DNA of 64,000 bases from contig CAWDOD010000011.1 of assembly GCA_963803805.1 (NCBI GenBank), forward strand, positions 512,001-576,000, written 5' to 3'. Below are positions 28,164 through 37,897 of the stretch, in pieces. A program made the position numbers and the translations under genes. The notes beneath the pieces were generated by a model. The model saw nothing but the letters and a program-made list of their open reading frames with translations. It was not told the origin of the DNA and did no database searches. Each line of letters starts with the position of its first letter. The first letter of the stretch is position 1. The DNA is from an uncultured cyanobacterium (GTDB lineage Bacteria; Cyanobacteriota; Cyanobacteriia; Cyanobacteriales; CAWCAG01).

Positions 28164-29927
28164 TTAATAACCTAAAGTTAAAGCACCGGGTTTACGAGGG
28201 TCAGAAGCCCCGTATAATTTACCTTCTATGCTCATAACACTTTGTGTACTTCCCATAGCCTCTTGAACATTGACTTCATAACCTTTCTCCTTTAACAAAC
28301 TAATAGTATCCTCGTTTAACCCCCGCTCTATCCTCAATTCATCTGGCAACCATTGATGATGAACCCTTACCGCATTAGTTGCTGTGGCGATATTCATTTT
28401 GTGGTCAATTACATTCATAATAATTTGGAGGGTAGTAGTAATAATACGACTGCCCCCAGGACTACCGGTAACTAAAAACGGTTCACCATCTTTGGTAACA
28501 ATGGTGGGTGTCATGGAACTCAGCATTCTTTTTTCTGGTTCAATGGCATTAAATTCTCCACCAATTAAACCATAGGCATTAGGTACTCCAGATTTAGCAG
28601 AGAAATCATCCATTTGATTATTTAATAAAATCCCTGTTCCTGGCACAACAATACCGCTACCGTAGCTAAAATTTAAAGTATAAGTGTTAGATACAGCATT
28701 ACCATAACTATCAACAATAGAATAATGGGTCGTTTCATTGCTCTCTTGTGACTGAAGGTTGCCAGGAGCAATATTTTGACTGGGAGTTGCTTGGTTCAAG
28801 TTGATTTTTGCTGCTAATTGACGGGCGTAACTTTGAGAAGTTAACCAAGCTATGGGAACCTCAACAAAATCACTATCTCCTAAATAGCGGGAACGATCTG
28901 CGTAGGCAAATTTCATGGTTTCTGCCATTAAATGAATAGTTTGGGCGGTATTATGCCCTGACTTTTCAATGGGGAATTTTTCTAGAACATTTAACATCTG
29001 TACCAAATGAACCCCTCCTGAACTAGGGGGAGGCATAGAATAAATTTGGTAGCCGCGATAATTCCCCTTAATTGGTTGGCGAATTACTGGTTCGTAAGCT
29101 GCTAAATCTTCTTTAGTAATTAACCCCCCCTCAGCCTTCATCTCCATCACAATTTTGTCAGCAATGGAACCTTGGTAAAAGGCTTTTTCTCCTTCAGTTG
29201 CAATTAATTTTAGGCTATTAGCAAGGTCTTTTTGTACTAGTATATCCCCAATTTTGTAAGGGATTTTTCCTTCCTTAAAAAAGATTTCTCGACTAGCAGG
29301 GTGCAAGTATAAATACTTTTTCATCCCCAACAAAGAGTCCCTTAAATCTCCATCAACTATAAAACCTTTTTCTGCTAAGTCAATAGCTGGTTGTAAAGCA
29401 CGTTCTAAAGAAATTGTCCCGTATTTTTCTAAAGCTAAACTCATCCCCGCAACAGTTCCCGGTACTCCCACTGCTAAATGACTAAACCGCGACTTTTCTT
29501 GATCAACTTCCCCATTAGCATCAAGGAACATATCCCTAGTTGCTGCTTGGGGGGCTTTTTCTCGGTAGTCAATGGCAATGGTTTCGTTACCCTCCCTTAA
29601 ATGAATGAGCATAAACCCCCCACCCCCAACATTACCTGCCCGTGGTAAGGTTACAGCTAAGGTGAAAGCAACGGTTACTGCTGCATCAACGGCATTTCCC
29701 CCCTCTTGTAAAACTTGCAATCCTGCCTTAGTTGCTAGGGCTTCTTGAGAAGCAACCATACCCTTTTCACTAACCACAGGATGAAATATGTCTTCATAGC
29801 TATAAATAGCGCTTTCTTGAGCTAAGCTACTCTTAGGAAGAAGTTGGCAGAAAAACATAAGCAAGAAGAAAATTTTTCTTCTGCCTAAACTGGTAATTAT
29901 TAAGTAAATATTCTTACTAAAAAACAT
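28164..29927 (-). CDS. ggt: Gamma-glutamyltransferase
   Basis: GGNAVDAA, IDYRE, PPPSSGG, autocleavage site ETTHYS, MLSSMTP, GSPGG. Confidence 0.95.
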   Translation of the reverse strand: MFFSKNIYLIITSLGRRKIFFLLMFFCQLLPKSSLAQESAIYSYEDIFHPVVSEKGMVASQEALATKAGLQVLQEGGNAVDAAVTVAFTLAVTLPRAGNVGGGGFMLIHLREGNETIAIDYREKAPQAATRDMFLDANGEVDQEKSRFSHLAVGVPGTVAGMSLALEKYGTISLERALQPAIDLAEKGFIVDGDLRDSLLGMKKYLYLHPASREIFFKEGKIPYKIGDILVQKDLANSLKLIATEGEKAFYQGSIADKIVMEMKAEGGLITKEDLAAYEPVIRQPIKGNYRGYQIYSMPPPSSGGVHLVQMLNVLEKFPIEKSGHNTAQTIHLMAETMKFAYADRSRYLGDSDFVEVPIAWLTSQSYARQLAAKINLNQATPSQNIAPGNLQSQESNETTHYSIVDSYGNAVSNTYTLNFSYGSGIVVPGTGILLNNQMDDFSAKSGVPNAYGLIGGEFNAIEPEKRMLSSMTPTIVTKDGEPFLVTGSPGGSRIITTTLQIIMNVIDHKMNIATATNAVRVHHQWLPDELRIERGLNEDTISLLKEKGYEVNVQEAMGSTQSVMSIEGKLYGASDPRKPGALTLGY

Positions 29928-30137
29928 GAGGTTTGCTTATTTTTTAAATTGGCTAAATTTGCTTAGTGATTCTACTAATTTAAGTACTTTTTCTTACCCG
30001 AAAGATAGTTATCAAGAAAAAATCTTAAATCAACCCTAAACGTATACGCAATAATCTACATCAGCCTTACACAATAAATATAAATAGTCTAGATAAAAAC
30101 TTACATCTTTTTTTAGCCCTACAGAAAATAAGCAATC

Positions 30138-31472
30138 ATGCATCTGAATAATCCCCCTAACTCTCTTTCTGTGATAGAGACTAATTGTAATAATCAACCT
30201 CAAGTATCTGATTTTATGGCAACGGATATTATCCAAGCTAAGGCGACGGCTTTGGGGGTAGAAATAGTGCAGCAGATGGCAGAAAATAGCGTTGGTTATG
30301 TAGTTATCACAGAAATTAATAATTCTTCTTTAACTGTACCTATTGGTATTATTACTAACCAAGATATTGTCCAACTTATAGCTAGGGGACAAGATTTACA
30401 AAAAGTATTAGCACAAACAGTTATGAGTAGTTCTTTGTTTTGTACAAAATCTTCTACTCATCTCCGGCTAGCTTACCAAGAAATGGTTCAGCAGCAGATT
30501 AGCCATTTAGTAGTAGTAGGAAGTCAAGGAGAATTACAAGGAGTTATTACAGAAAGCAATTTGCTTAAAGGACTAGCTAATTTATCAGACTATAGCCTAG
30601 AATGTCAGCTAGAAAAGCAGCCAAAAATTAATCACCTCAAACAATTTACAGAGCAACTAGGAATCGCTGTTGAACAACACGAGCTTTATCAAAATGTTCA
30701 ACAAGAATTAGCAGAAAGTAAACAAGTTGAATCTTCTTTAAAAAAGCTCAATGAAAATTTACAACTTTCCCTCAAAGAACGCACGAATGCTTTAGAAATA
30801 GCTCAATCAGAAGTAAACAAAGAAGCGATTATTTTTGCTCAAGTAGAAAGAGCCTGGCAACAAACCAATGCTCAACTACAAGCTGTTTTAGATGCTGTAC
30901 CGGGTTGTATTTCTTGGATTAGTGCTGATTTAAAATATTTAGGAGTTAATCGGCAGTTAGCAGAACTTTCTAATGCTTCTCCCGAAGAATTTATTAACCA
31001 ACCCATTGATGTTTTTGATTCTTACGATGTCTTCACTAATTACACAAAACAGTTTTTTGCTAGCTCTTTACAACAAGATTTTAAAGAGATTGAAGTAATA
31101 CAAAACGATGTTACGGTGACTTACTTAATTGTGGCTAGAAAGTATTGTCAAGGACAAGCCGCAGTATTTGTTGGTATTGACATTAGTGAACGCAAGCAAG
31201 CAGAGCAAGAATTACAAAAAGCATTAGCAAAAGAAAAGGAACTCAACGAACTCAAAACTCGTTTTGTAACGACAACTTCCCACGAGTTTCGCACTCCTTT
31301 AACCACTATATTAGGTGCTACAGAATTGCTAAGCCATTATAGTCATCTCTGGGATGAAGAAAAAAAGCAACGCTACCTAACTCGCATTCAAACTAAGGTA
31401 GAATATATGACCAAGATGTTAGATGATATTTTACTAATTAGCCAAACAGATTCGAGAACACGCTATTTTTGA
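30138..31472 (+). CDS. CBS-CBS-PAS-HisKA protein lacking the HATPase domain (probably truncated kinase)
   Basis: IGIITNQDI/GVITESNL CBS pair, PAS-like region, SHEFRTPLT, then a stop. Confidence 0.75.
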   Translation: MHLNNPPNSLSVIETNCNNQPQVSDFMATDIIQAKATALGVEIVQQMAENSVGYVVITEINNSSLTVPIGIITNQDIVQLIARGQDLQKVLAQTVMSSSLFCTKSSTHLRLAYQEMVQQQISHLVVVGSQGELQGVITESNLLKGLANLSDYSLECQLEKQPKINHLKQFTEQLGIAVEQHELYQNVQQELAESKQVESSLKKLNENLQLSLKERTNALEIAQSEVNKEAIIFAQVERAWQQTNAQLQAVLDAVPGCISWISADLKYLGVNRQLAELSNASPEEFINQPIDVFDSYDVFTNYTKQFFASSLQQDFKEIEVIQNDVTVTYLIVARKYCQGQAAVFVGIDISERKQAEQELQKALAKEKELNELKTRFVTTTSHEFRTPLTTILGATELLSHYSHLWDEEKKQRYLTRIQTKVEYMTKMLDDILLISQTDSRTRYF

Positions 31473-31519
31473 TAATTGTACGGCTTTACCTTTGTGGTAG
31501 ACTAAATTGATAATTAGAG

Positions 31520-32170
31520 TTAAGTCCCAAAAGCGCGATCCCCTGCATCTCCTAAACCAGGAACAATAAAACCTTGCTCATTTAATGCTTCATCAATAAT
31601 TGCTGTATAAATATTGAGACTGGGGTAAGTTTGTCCCAACTTTTGTAAGGCTGGCGGTGCTGCTACTACAGAAATTATTCTCATTAAACCAGGATCTGCA
31701 CCACTATTAGTTAATTTTTCCATCGCTGCCATAATAGAACCCCCAGTAGCTAACATAGGTTCTAAAATAATGATACGGGTTTGAGGGAGAAACTGTTTGG
31801 GTAAATTATCTAAATAGCAACTTGGTTTGAGGGTTTCTTCATTTCTGGATAAACCAAGATGATAGGTTGAAACTATAGGTAAAACAGTCTGTGCGCCATC
31901 TAACAAAGCTAACCCTGCCCGTAAAATTGGGACAACAGCTATGGGTACTTGAGGATCAATCGTTACCCCTGAAGCCTGGGCTAGGGGGGTTTGGACTTGC
32001 ACTTCTTCGGCTGGCAACCAATTACGTACAGCTTCATAGGTTAACCAACGCCCCAATTCTGTCATAGCACTTTTGAACATCACAGAAGGAGTTTGGCGAT
32101 CGCGGGCTACCGCTAGCCAATGCTTGATTAAAGGATGATCGGGAACGTAAACACGTAATTGCAAAGGCAT
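31520..32170 (-). CDS. upp: Uracil phosphoribosyltransferase
   Basis: VPILRAG, EPMLATGGS, IVPGLGDAGDRAFGT. Confidence 0.96.
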   Translation of the reverse strand: MPLQLRVYVPDHPLIKHWLAVARDRQTPSVMFKSAMTELGRWLTYEAVRNWLPAEEVQVQTPLAQASGVTIDPQVPIAVVPILRAGLALLDGAQTVLPIVSTYHLGLSRNEETLKPSCYLDNLPKQFLPQTRIIILEPMLATGGSIMAAMEKLTNSGADPGLMRIISVVAAPPALQKLGQTYPSLNIYTAIIDEALNEQGFIVPGLGDAGDRAFGT

Positions 32171-32278
32171 ATTCAGGGAGCAGGGAGCAGGGAGTAGGGA
32201 GCAGGGAGTAGTGAAGAAATAGTTAATTGATTTATGGCAGTAGTGCCATAAAACGAGCAGTCGGGTATTGGATATTTA

Positions 32279-32668
32279 CTATTTAGCGATCGCCCTTATA
32301 AACCAACTAGCCACACTAATATTTGTCCCTTCGTTCAAACGTACCAGAGTTTGGTTAAGCAAAGCAATGGGCAACCCCAGCAAAGCTAGAGAATGAGTAA
32401 TTTGTTGATATCTCCCATCTTCTTGCAAACCAAATGCTATTACTCTTACTCCTTGCACATCTATTACCCAATATTCAGGTATTTTAAAATCGGCATAGAG
32501 TCGTTTCTTTTCATCCAAATCCGTTGCCAGAGTAGTATCACTAATCTCTCTTACTAAATCTGGTACTCGCCACTTATCTAAATTAATCCGACGCTTTTCT
32601 CCTTGTTGCCATTGGGGAATATCTTGGTTAGAAGCTCTGGAATTAGCTATAGAAGTTGAAGCTACCAT
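32279..32668 (-). pseudogene. Internally deleted Uma2 family remnant
   Basis: Only the C-terminal half is present (VPDLVREISDTTLATDLDEKKRLY, IPEYWVID), attached to a short N-terminus. Confidence 0.7.
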
Positions 32669-32748
32669 AAATCCAAGCGGTTTGGTAAGGATTCATTCGT
32701 ATCTTAACTTGACTCCAACTTTTAGTCTCTTACTGCCAACCCAAGAAT

Positions 32749-32802
32749 TTATTGAGAAATATTTGCATTAGTATTGACATATTATCTCAATAAGCCTATA
32801 TT
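32749..32802 (+). promoter_or_regulatory. Sigma70 promoter (TTGACA-17-TATATT) overlapped by AT-rich Fur-box-like inverted repeats
   Basis: TTGACA at 32774-32779 and TATATT at 32797-32802; inverted repeat TTATTGAGA...TCTCAATAA at 32749-32793. Confidence 0.75.
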
Positions 32803-32808
32803 GAATTT

Positions 32809-32890
32809 CAGTGTTCTCCTCTCTTAAGAGATCGGCAGGTAAGATTGGTTAGCGGGCAAGGCATAGCTAACCAATCTCCTCTTTCTTTTT
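32809..32890 (+). ncRNA. isaR1: IsaR1-like iron-stress sRNA
   Basis: 5' CAGTGTTCTCCTCTC...GATCGGCAGGT resembles IsaR1 as recalled; Fur-type promoter; 12-bp terminator stem plus U-rich tail; close to upp, a known isaR1 neighbour. Confidence 0.78.
32842..32890 (+). terminator. Rho-independent terminator
   Basis: AGATTGGTTAGC (32842-32853) pairs with GCTAACCAATCT (32866-32877), followed by CCTCTTTCTTTTT. Confidence 0.8.
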
Positions 32891-32943
32891 ACCTTTAAGA
32901 TAATAAGGTTAGAACAAGATACTCACCCATTGGGGACAAAGGT

Positions 32944-33753
32944 ATGATTCGCTGGATATTAAGTCTATTTTGCTTTTGCTACTTTTTAAGTATTGCCCCT
33001 CCAGTTATGGCACAAGAAGCTGATTTACCTGCTGTAACGCAACAAAAACTACAAAAGGGGGAAGAAATAGCTCAAAAAGCTTTAAATGCTGCGGAGAAGG
33101 GAGATTTTGCTACCGCAGAGGAGTATTGGACAGAATTAACCGAAGAATTTCCTACTAACCCAGCAGTATGGAGTAATCGAGGTAATACGCGAGTTGGCCA
33201 AAATAGATTAGCAGAAGCGATCGCCGATTTTGATAAATCTATCGAATTAGCCCCTGATGCAGCAGATCCTTATTTGAATAGAGGTGCGGCTTATGAAGGG
33301 CAAGGGCGTTGGCAAGAAGCTTTAGCCGACTATGAAAAAGTTTTGAGTATTGCTCCAGAAGAACCTTTAGCCTACAATAACCGAGGTAATGCTAAAGCAG
33401 GGCAAGGACGCTGGGAAGAAGCCCTACAAGACTATAAAAAAGCAGCAGATATGTCTCCTGACTTTGCTTTTGCCCGCGCCAATTATGCCTTAACAGCTTA
33501 TCAAACAGATCGTCAAGAAGAGGCAGTGCGTACCATGCGTAACCTAGTACGCAAGTATCCTATGTTTCCTGATATGCGAGCAGCCCTAACAGCAGTTCTC
33601 TGGCAACAAGGACAACAAGGAGAGGCAGAAAGTAACTGGGTAGCAGCAGTGGGTATTGACAATCGCTATCAAGATATTGATTGGGTGAAAAACATCCGGC
33701 GTTGGCCTCCTAAAATGGTTGTAGCTTTGGAAAAGTTTCTTAATTTGGAATAA
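32944..33753 (+). CDS. Secreted tetratricopeptide repeat protein
   Basis: Signal peptide ending VMA; repeats such as AVWSNRG, PYLNRG, AYNNRG. Confidence 0.9.
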   Translation: MIRWILSLFCFCYFLSIAPPVMAQEADLPAVTQQKLQKGEEIAQKALNAAEKGDFATAEEYWTELTEEFPTNPAVWSNRGNTRVGQNRLAEAIADFDKSIELAPDAADPYLNRGAAYEGQGRWQEALADYEKVLSIAPEEPLAYNNRGNAKAGQGRWEEALQDYKKAADMSPDFAFARANYALTAYQTDRQEEAVRTMRNLVRKYPMFPDMRAALTAVLWQQGQQGEAESNWVAAVGIDNRYQDIDWVKNIRRWPPKMVVALEKFLNLE

Positions 33754-33883
33754 TTTTAACTATTTTGGGCAACTCTTGAGGAATAGTAGTTGTACCACTT
33801 ACTAATAACTATCACTAAAACCAAGCAAAATAAGCTTTCTAAATATCATTTATAGCAATGGAGAACTTATTAGTTATTACTTA

Positions 33884-34870
33884 TTATTCAATTTCCCGAA
33901 CTCTTTCTGAATAATCTTGAGGGCGCGATCGCCGGAAGGTATTTAAAGCGGCTTGCCGTAAAGTTAAAGGTAGGTAAGATAAAAAGAAACCAAAGGTTGA
34001 TTTTTGAGAATTTCCTAACACAGCATTTGCTTCTTGTAAAAGTTTTCTTCCTGCTGCTGCTTCACCACTTTCAATTAGCCTTAAACCCAAAGCTTGTTGA
34101 GTACCTGCTAATTTGTATTGCCTGTCTTTTTCTAACTCTAAATCAGGAAATCGATAACTATCAATACAAAATACTTTTGCTTTTAAGAAATGGAGATTTT
34201 GCCTTAAACTAGTTTGCTGTCCGTGGAAGCGATATTCCATTAATAATTCCGGCAAGAAATAACCTTTTTTCCCCGCTAAAGCTAAGCGTACTAACAAGTC
34301 AAAATCCTCACAACCATCAGCTTCAGGACGCATATAATCAATTTCTTGTAAACAGCTATGGCGAAAAAGAGTAGAACCAACTTGTAAGCTTTGTTTTTGG
34401 AAAGTTTCTCTCATTAAATCGGGAATTATTCCTGCTTGAAGATTATCTTTTCCCCACTTAGCAGAATTCTCCTTAGTTGCTTCTAAATCCCGTTTCCCTT
34501 TACTATTAATAACCCAGTGATCGCTACAAACAAAATCCACTTCAGGATGATGATCTAAAACCGCTACAGTTTTAGCTAAAAACTCTGGAGTTAAGCCATC
34601 ATCGTCGTCAAATTTAATAAAATACTCCCCCTTTGCTGCCTCAAAACCGGAACGCATATTACGACTGCGGCCAATATTTTGGGGATGACGAAGATAATTA
34701 AGGCGAGGATCTTCCCATTTACCAACAACTTCTGGAGTATCATCGGTGGAACCATCGTCGCAGATAATTAGTTCAAAATCTTTGTAAGTTTGGTTGAGTA
34801 CACTGTCGACAGAATAAGCTAAATAATCAGAACGATTATAAGTAGGTATACAAATACTAACTTTAGGCAT
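33884..34870 (-). CDS. Family 2 glycosyltransferase
   Basis: ICIPTYNR, DDGSTD, FDDDD, EDFDL. Confidence 0.92.
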   Translation of the reverse strand: MPKVSICIPTYNRSDYLAYSVDSVLNQTYKDFELIICDDGSTDDTPEVVGKWEDPRLNYLRHPQNIGRSRNMRSGFEAAKGEYFIKFDDDDGLTPEFLAKTVAVLDHHPEVDFVCSDHWVINSKGKRDLEATKENSAKWGKDNLQAGIIPDLMRETFQKQSLQVGSTLFRHSCLQEIDYMRPEADGCEDFDLLVRLALAGKKGYFLPELLMEYRFHGQQTSLRQNLHFLKAKVFCIDSYRFPDLELEKDRQYKLAGTQQALGLRLIESGEAAAGRKLLQEANAVLGNSQKSTFGFFLSYLPLTLRQAALNTFRRSRPQDYSERVREIE

Positions 34871-35004
34871 GATAGGCGATTTGCAAAAGATAACTGATAA
34901 GCTGACAACTGAGTTATAACGGTATAGGACTTTAAGCGTAGCATCCGTATTTACTCATCATCTCTTCTATTACACCCTGACAAATGTTAAATGGTAAATG
35001 TTAA

Positions 35005-35976
35005 ATGATACTACCCCCAGTTGCAGTTATTATTCCCATTTACAATGGTGAGGCAGATGTACCTAATCTCGTTGATTGTTTATTGTGCCAAACTTATCCT
35101 CCGGAATTGGTGGAGTATTTATTGGTAGATAATAATAGCAGCGATCGCACCGCAGAACTTATTAAGGATGCCCAGGAAAAAGCTAAACTTCAAGGCCTTA
35201 CCCTACGTTACCTCACTGAAGACCAAATCCAAAGTTCCTATGCAGCAAGGAATAAAGGTATTCAAGCTACTAAAGCAGAAATTCTCGCTTTTACCGATGC
35301 TGATTGTCGCCCCCAACCGGATTGGTTGATGAAGCTAATTCCCCCCTTTGCAAAGCCGGAAATTGGTTTGGTGGTAGGGGAAATCCTGGCTTTACCTGGT
35401 AAGACTATTTTGGAAAAACACGCTGAGGGACAGGGCATTTTATCCCAGAAGAATACCTTAGCACATCCATTTTGTCCCTATGGTCAAACAGCTAACTTAG
35501 CAGTCAGGAAAAAAGCTTTCGCAGAGGTTGGTTTATTTCGTCCCCACCTTACCACAGGGGGAGATGCAGATATGTGTTGGCGCATCCAAAAAGAAGCAGC
35601 TTGGCAACTCCACTTCGCCGAAGATGCCATCATCCGTCACCGTCACCGTGAAACAATTAAAGAATTAGCCAGTCAATGGCGTAGATATGGGCGTTCAAAC
35701 CGTTACTTAAACCAACTCCACGGTATTCCCCTACGCCCTAAAGTTGAGAACAAACATTATCTTTTTTTGCTGACTCGCTGGTTATTAAAAGAACTACCTT
35801 TGAATATAGTTAAAGCCATAATGGGGAAAACTAATTATATAAATGCGATCGCAACTCCGATTAATGTTTTTTGTATCAAAGCTAGGGATGAAGGTCAAAC
35901 TCAAGCAAGTTTACCAGAAGAAGCCAAACAAATTCCCGCTTATTTTGACGGGGTGACTGGGGGAAGTAATAAGTAA
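35005..35976 (+). CDS. Family 2 glycosyltransferase
   Basis: IIPIYN, VDNNSSD, FTDADC, QWRRY. Confidence 0.92.
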   Translation: MILPPVAVIIPIYNGEADVPNLVDCLLCQTYPPELVEYLLVDNNSSDRTAELIKDAQEKAKLQGLTLRYLTEDQIQSSYAARNKGIQATKAEILAFTDADCRPQPDWLMKLIPPFAKPEIGLVVGEILALPGKTILEKHAEGQGILSQKNTLAHPFCPYGQTANLAVRKKAFAEVGLFRPHLTTGGDADMCWRIQKEAAWQLHFAEDAIIRHRHRETIKELASQWRRYGRSNRYLNQLHGIPLRPKVENKHYLFLLTRWLLKELPLNIVKAIMGKTNYINAIATPINVFCIKARDEGQTQASLPEEAKQIPAYFDGVTGGSNK

Positions 35977-36043
35977 TAAGTTAAGAATATACTATTCCCT
36001 AGCACGATTAGCAATTAGCCACTAGCCACTATCCACTAGCAAT

Positions 36044-36955
36044 ATGAAAATTTCTGCCATCATTTGTACCCATAACCGAGATAATTATCTTGGCGCAGCT
36101 ATTGATAGTTTGTTGGAACAAGACTTTGTTGATTATGAGGTTTTGGTTGTTGATAATGCTTCTACTGATAATACCCGTAAAGTAGTAGAAGATCGTCTTG
36201 ATCATCCTCGTTTGCGTTATATTTATGAATCTACCCTCGGTTTATCTGCGGCTCGTAATCGGGGTGCAAAAGAGACAACCGGGGAGATTATTGCTTATTT
36301 AGATGATGATGCTGAAGCAAGCCCTCAATGGTTAAAAGAATTAGTTATTGCTTATGAAAATAACGAGAAATTAGCCGTTGCTGGGGGCAAAGTTACCTTG
36401 ATTTGGCCTGAAGGTATCACTCCTCCGCAATGGATTTCCCAGGAATTATCAGGTAATTTAGGTTACTATGATTTAGGAGATGAAGTAGTTTTAATTACCG
36501 AGCCGGGCTTAACTCCTAGAGGGCTAAATTATTCTTTGCGTCGCACTTTCCTAGATTCTATTGGTGGCTTCGATATCAACTTAGGCAGAGTGGGAAAAAA
36601 CTTACTTTCTAACGAAGAATTATATATGACCGAACTTGCCTTACAAAAAGGTTGGCAAGTCGCCTATATTCCCAAAGCATTAGCTGCCCATAATGTCTCT
36701 GTTGAGCGTACCAAACCGGGTTGGTTTTTGTCTCGTAGTTGGTGGCAAGGAATTAGTGAATGTTACCGTGAAGAGGTGGCAGGAAGAACAGGTTGGCAGC
36801 AAATTGAAAGAGGCTCAGAACGTATTATCCGGGGGTTATATAAGTCTCTAAAATACTTCCGTAACCCGGCAGTGCGTTTTGATAATTTCGCCTATGCTTA
36901 CGGTCAATTTGGTTATTTAAAAGCCGTTATTCAGCATCTAGTTAATAGAAAGTAG
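36044..36955 (+). CDS. Family 2 glycosyltransferase
   Basis: IICTHNR, VDNASTD, YLDDDA. Confidence 0.92.
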   Translation: MKISAIICTHNRDNYLGAAIDSLLEQDFVDYEVLVVDNASTDNTRKVVEDRLDHPRLRYIYESTLGLSAARNRGAKETTGEIIAYLDDDAEASPQWLKELVIAYENNEKLAVAGGKVTLIWPEGITPPQWISQELSGNLGYYDLGDEVVLITEPGLTPRGLNYSLRRTFLDSIGGFDINLGRVGKNLLSNEELYMTELALQKGWQVAYIPKALAAHNVSVERTKPGWFLSRSWWQGISECYREEVAGRTGWQQIERGSERIIRGLYKSLKYFRNPAVRFDNFAYAYGQFGYLKAVIQHLVNRK

Positions 36956-37065
36956 ATGCTACATTTTTTATGCTAGGGAAAATTGAAAAAAGCGGGGGAT
37001 TTATCGACGATAGCTACCAAGTAAGACTGATAGAAATTAGTTTCTAAAGGTATAATGAGATTTAT

Positions 37066-37897
37066 ATGTCTTTGGAGGGTTGTTTTTCTATCATGGTAGA
37101 GATAGGAAAATTGTTTCGTGCCTGTAATCCTAATAAAACTCTAGACTTAAGTAAAGCTGAAGATTGGAGGTATTACATCGACTTTGCCAAGGTGAGAGGC
37201 AATAGTATCATTCAAGAGTTACAACGTACTATTGTTCTCTCAGAAGATGAACCGACTTGCCAATTATTCACTGGTCACATTGGTTGCGGCAAATCCACGG
37301 AGTTATCTAAATTGAAGACACAGTTAGAAAAAGAAGGCTTTCATGTCGTCTATTTCAAGTCTTCCCAAGATTTAGATATGGCTGATGTAGATATTAGTGA
37401 TATTTTACTAGCGATTACCCGCCAAATCAGCCAGAGTTTAGAGGATGCAGGAATTAAGCTGCAACCTAGTCGCTTTCAGGAGTTACTCCAAGGTGCAGCT
37501 ACTTTACTGAATTCTGATGTCATGGGTTTAAATGTTAAAGTCCCCAAGGGAGGTAATTGGGGATTAAAAGCGGAGAGTGATAAATTCAATCTTTCTCTGG
37601 GTATTGCCGAAATTACGACCAAAGCTAAGAATAGCACAACAATCCGTTCTCTTTTGCGGCAACATCTCGAACCAAGAGTTAATAGTATTTTAGAAGCCCT
37701 TAATCAGGAATTGATTGCCCCGGCACAACAACAACTTGAGGAGCAAAACAAGCCCGGATTAGTGGTAATTGTTGATAATTTAGATTGCATTGATAATAGA
37801 ATCCGTTTGGGAGACAAATCTCAACCGGAGTACCTATTTATTGAACGAGGGGAACAACTCAACAAACTTCAATGCCATGTTGTCTATACTATTCCCC
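37066..37897 (+). pseudogene. P-loop ATPase, 3'-truncated by IS
   Basis: Walker A GHIGCGKST and Walker B VVIVDNLD; coding sequence stops at the IS end after VVYTIP. Confidence 0.88.
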
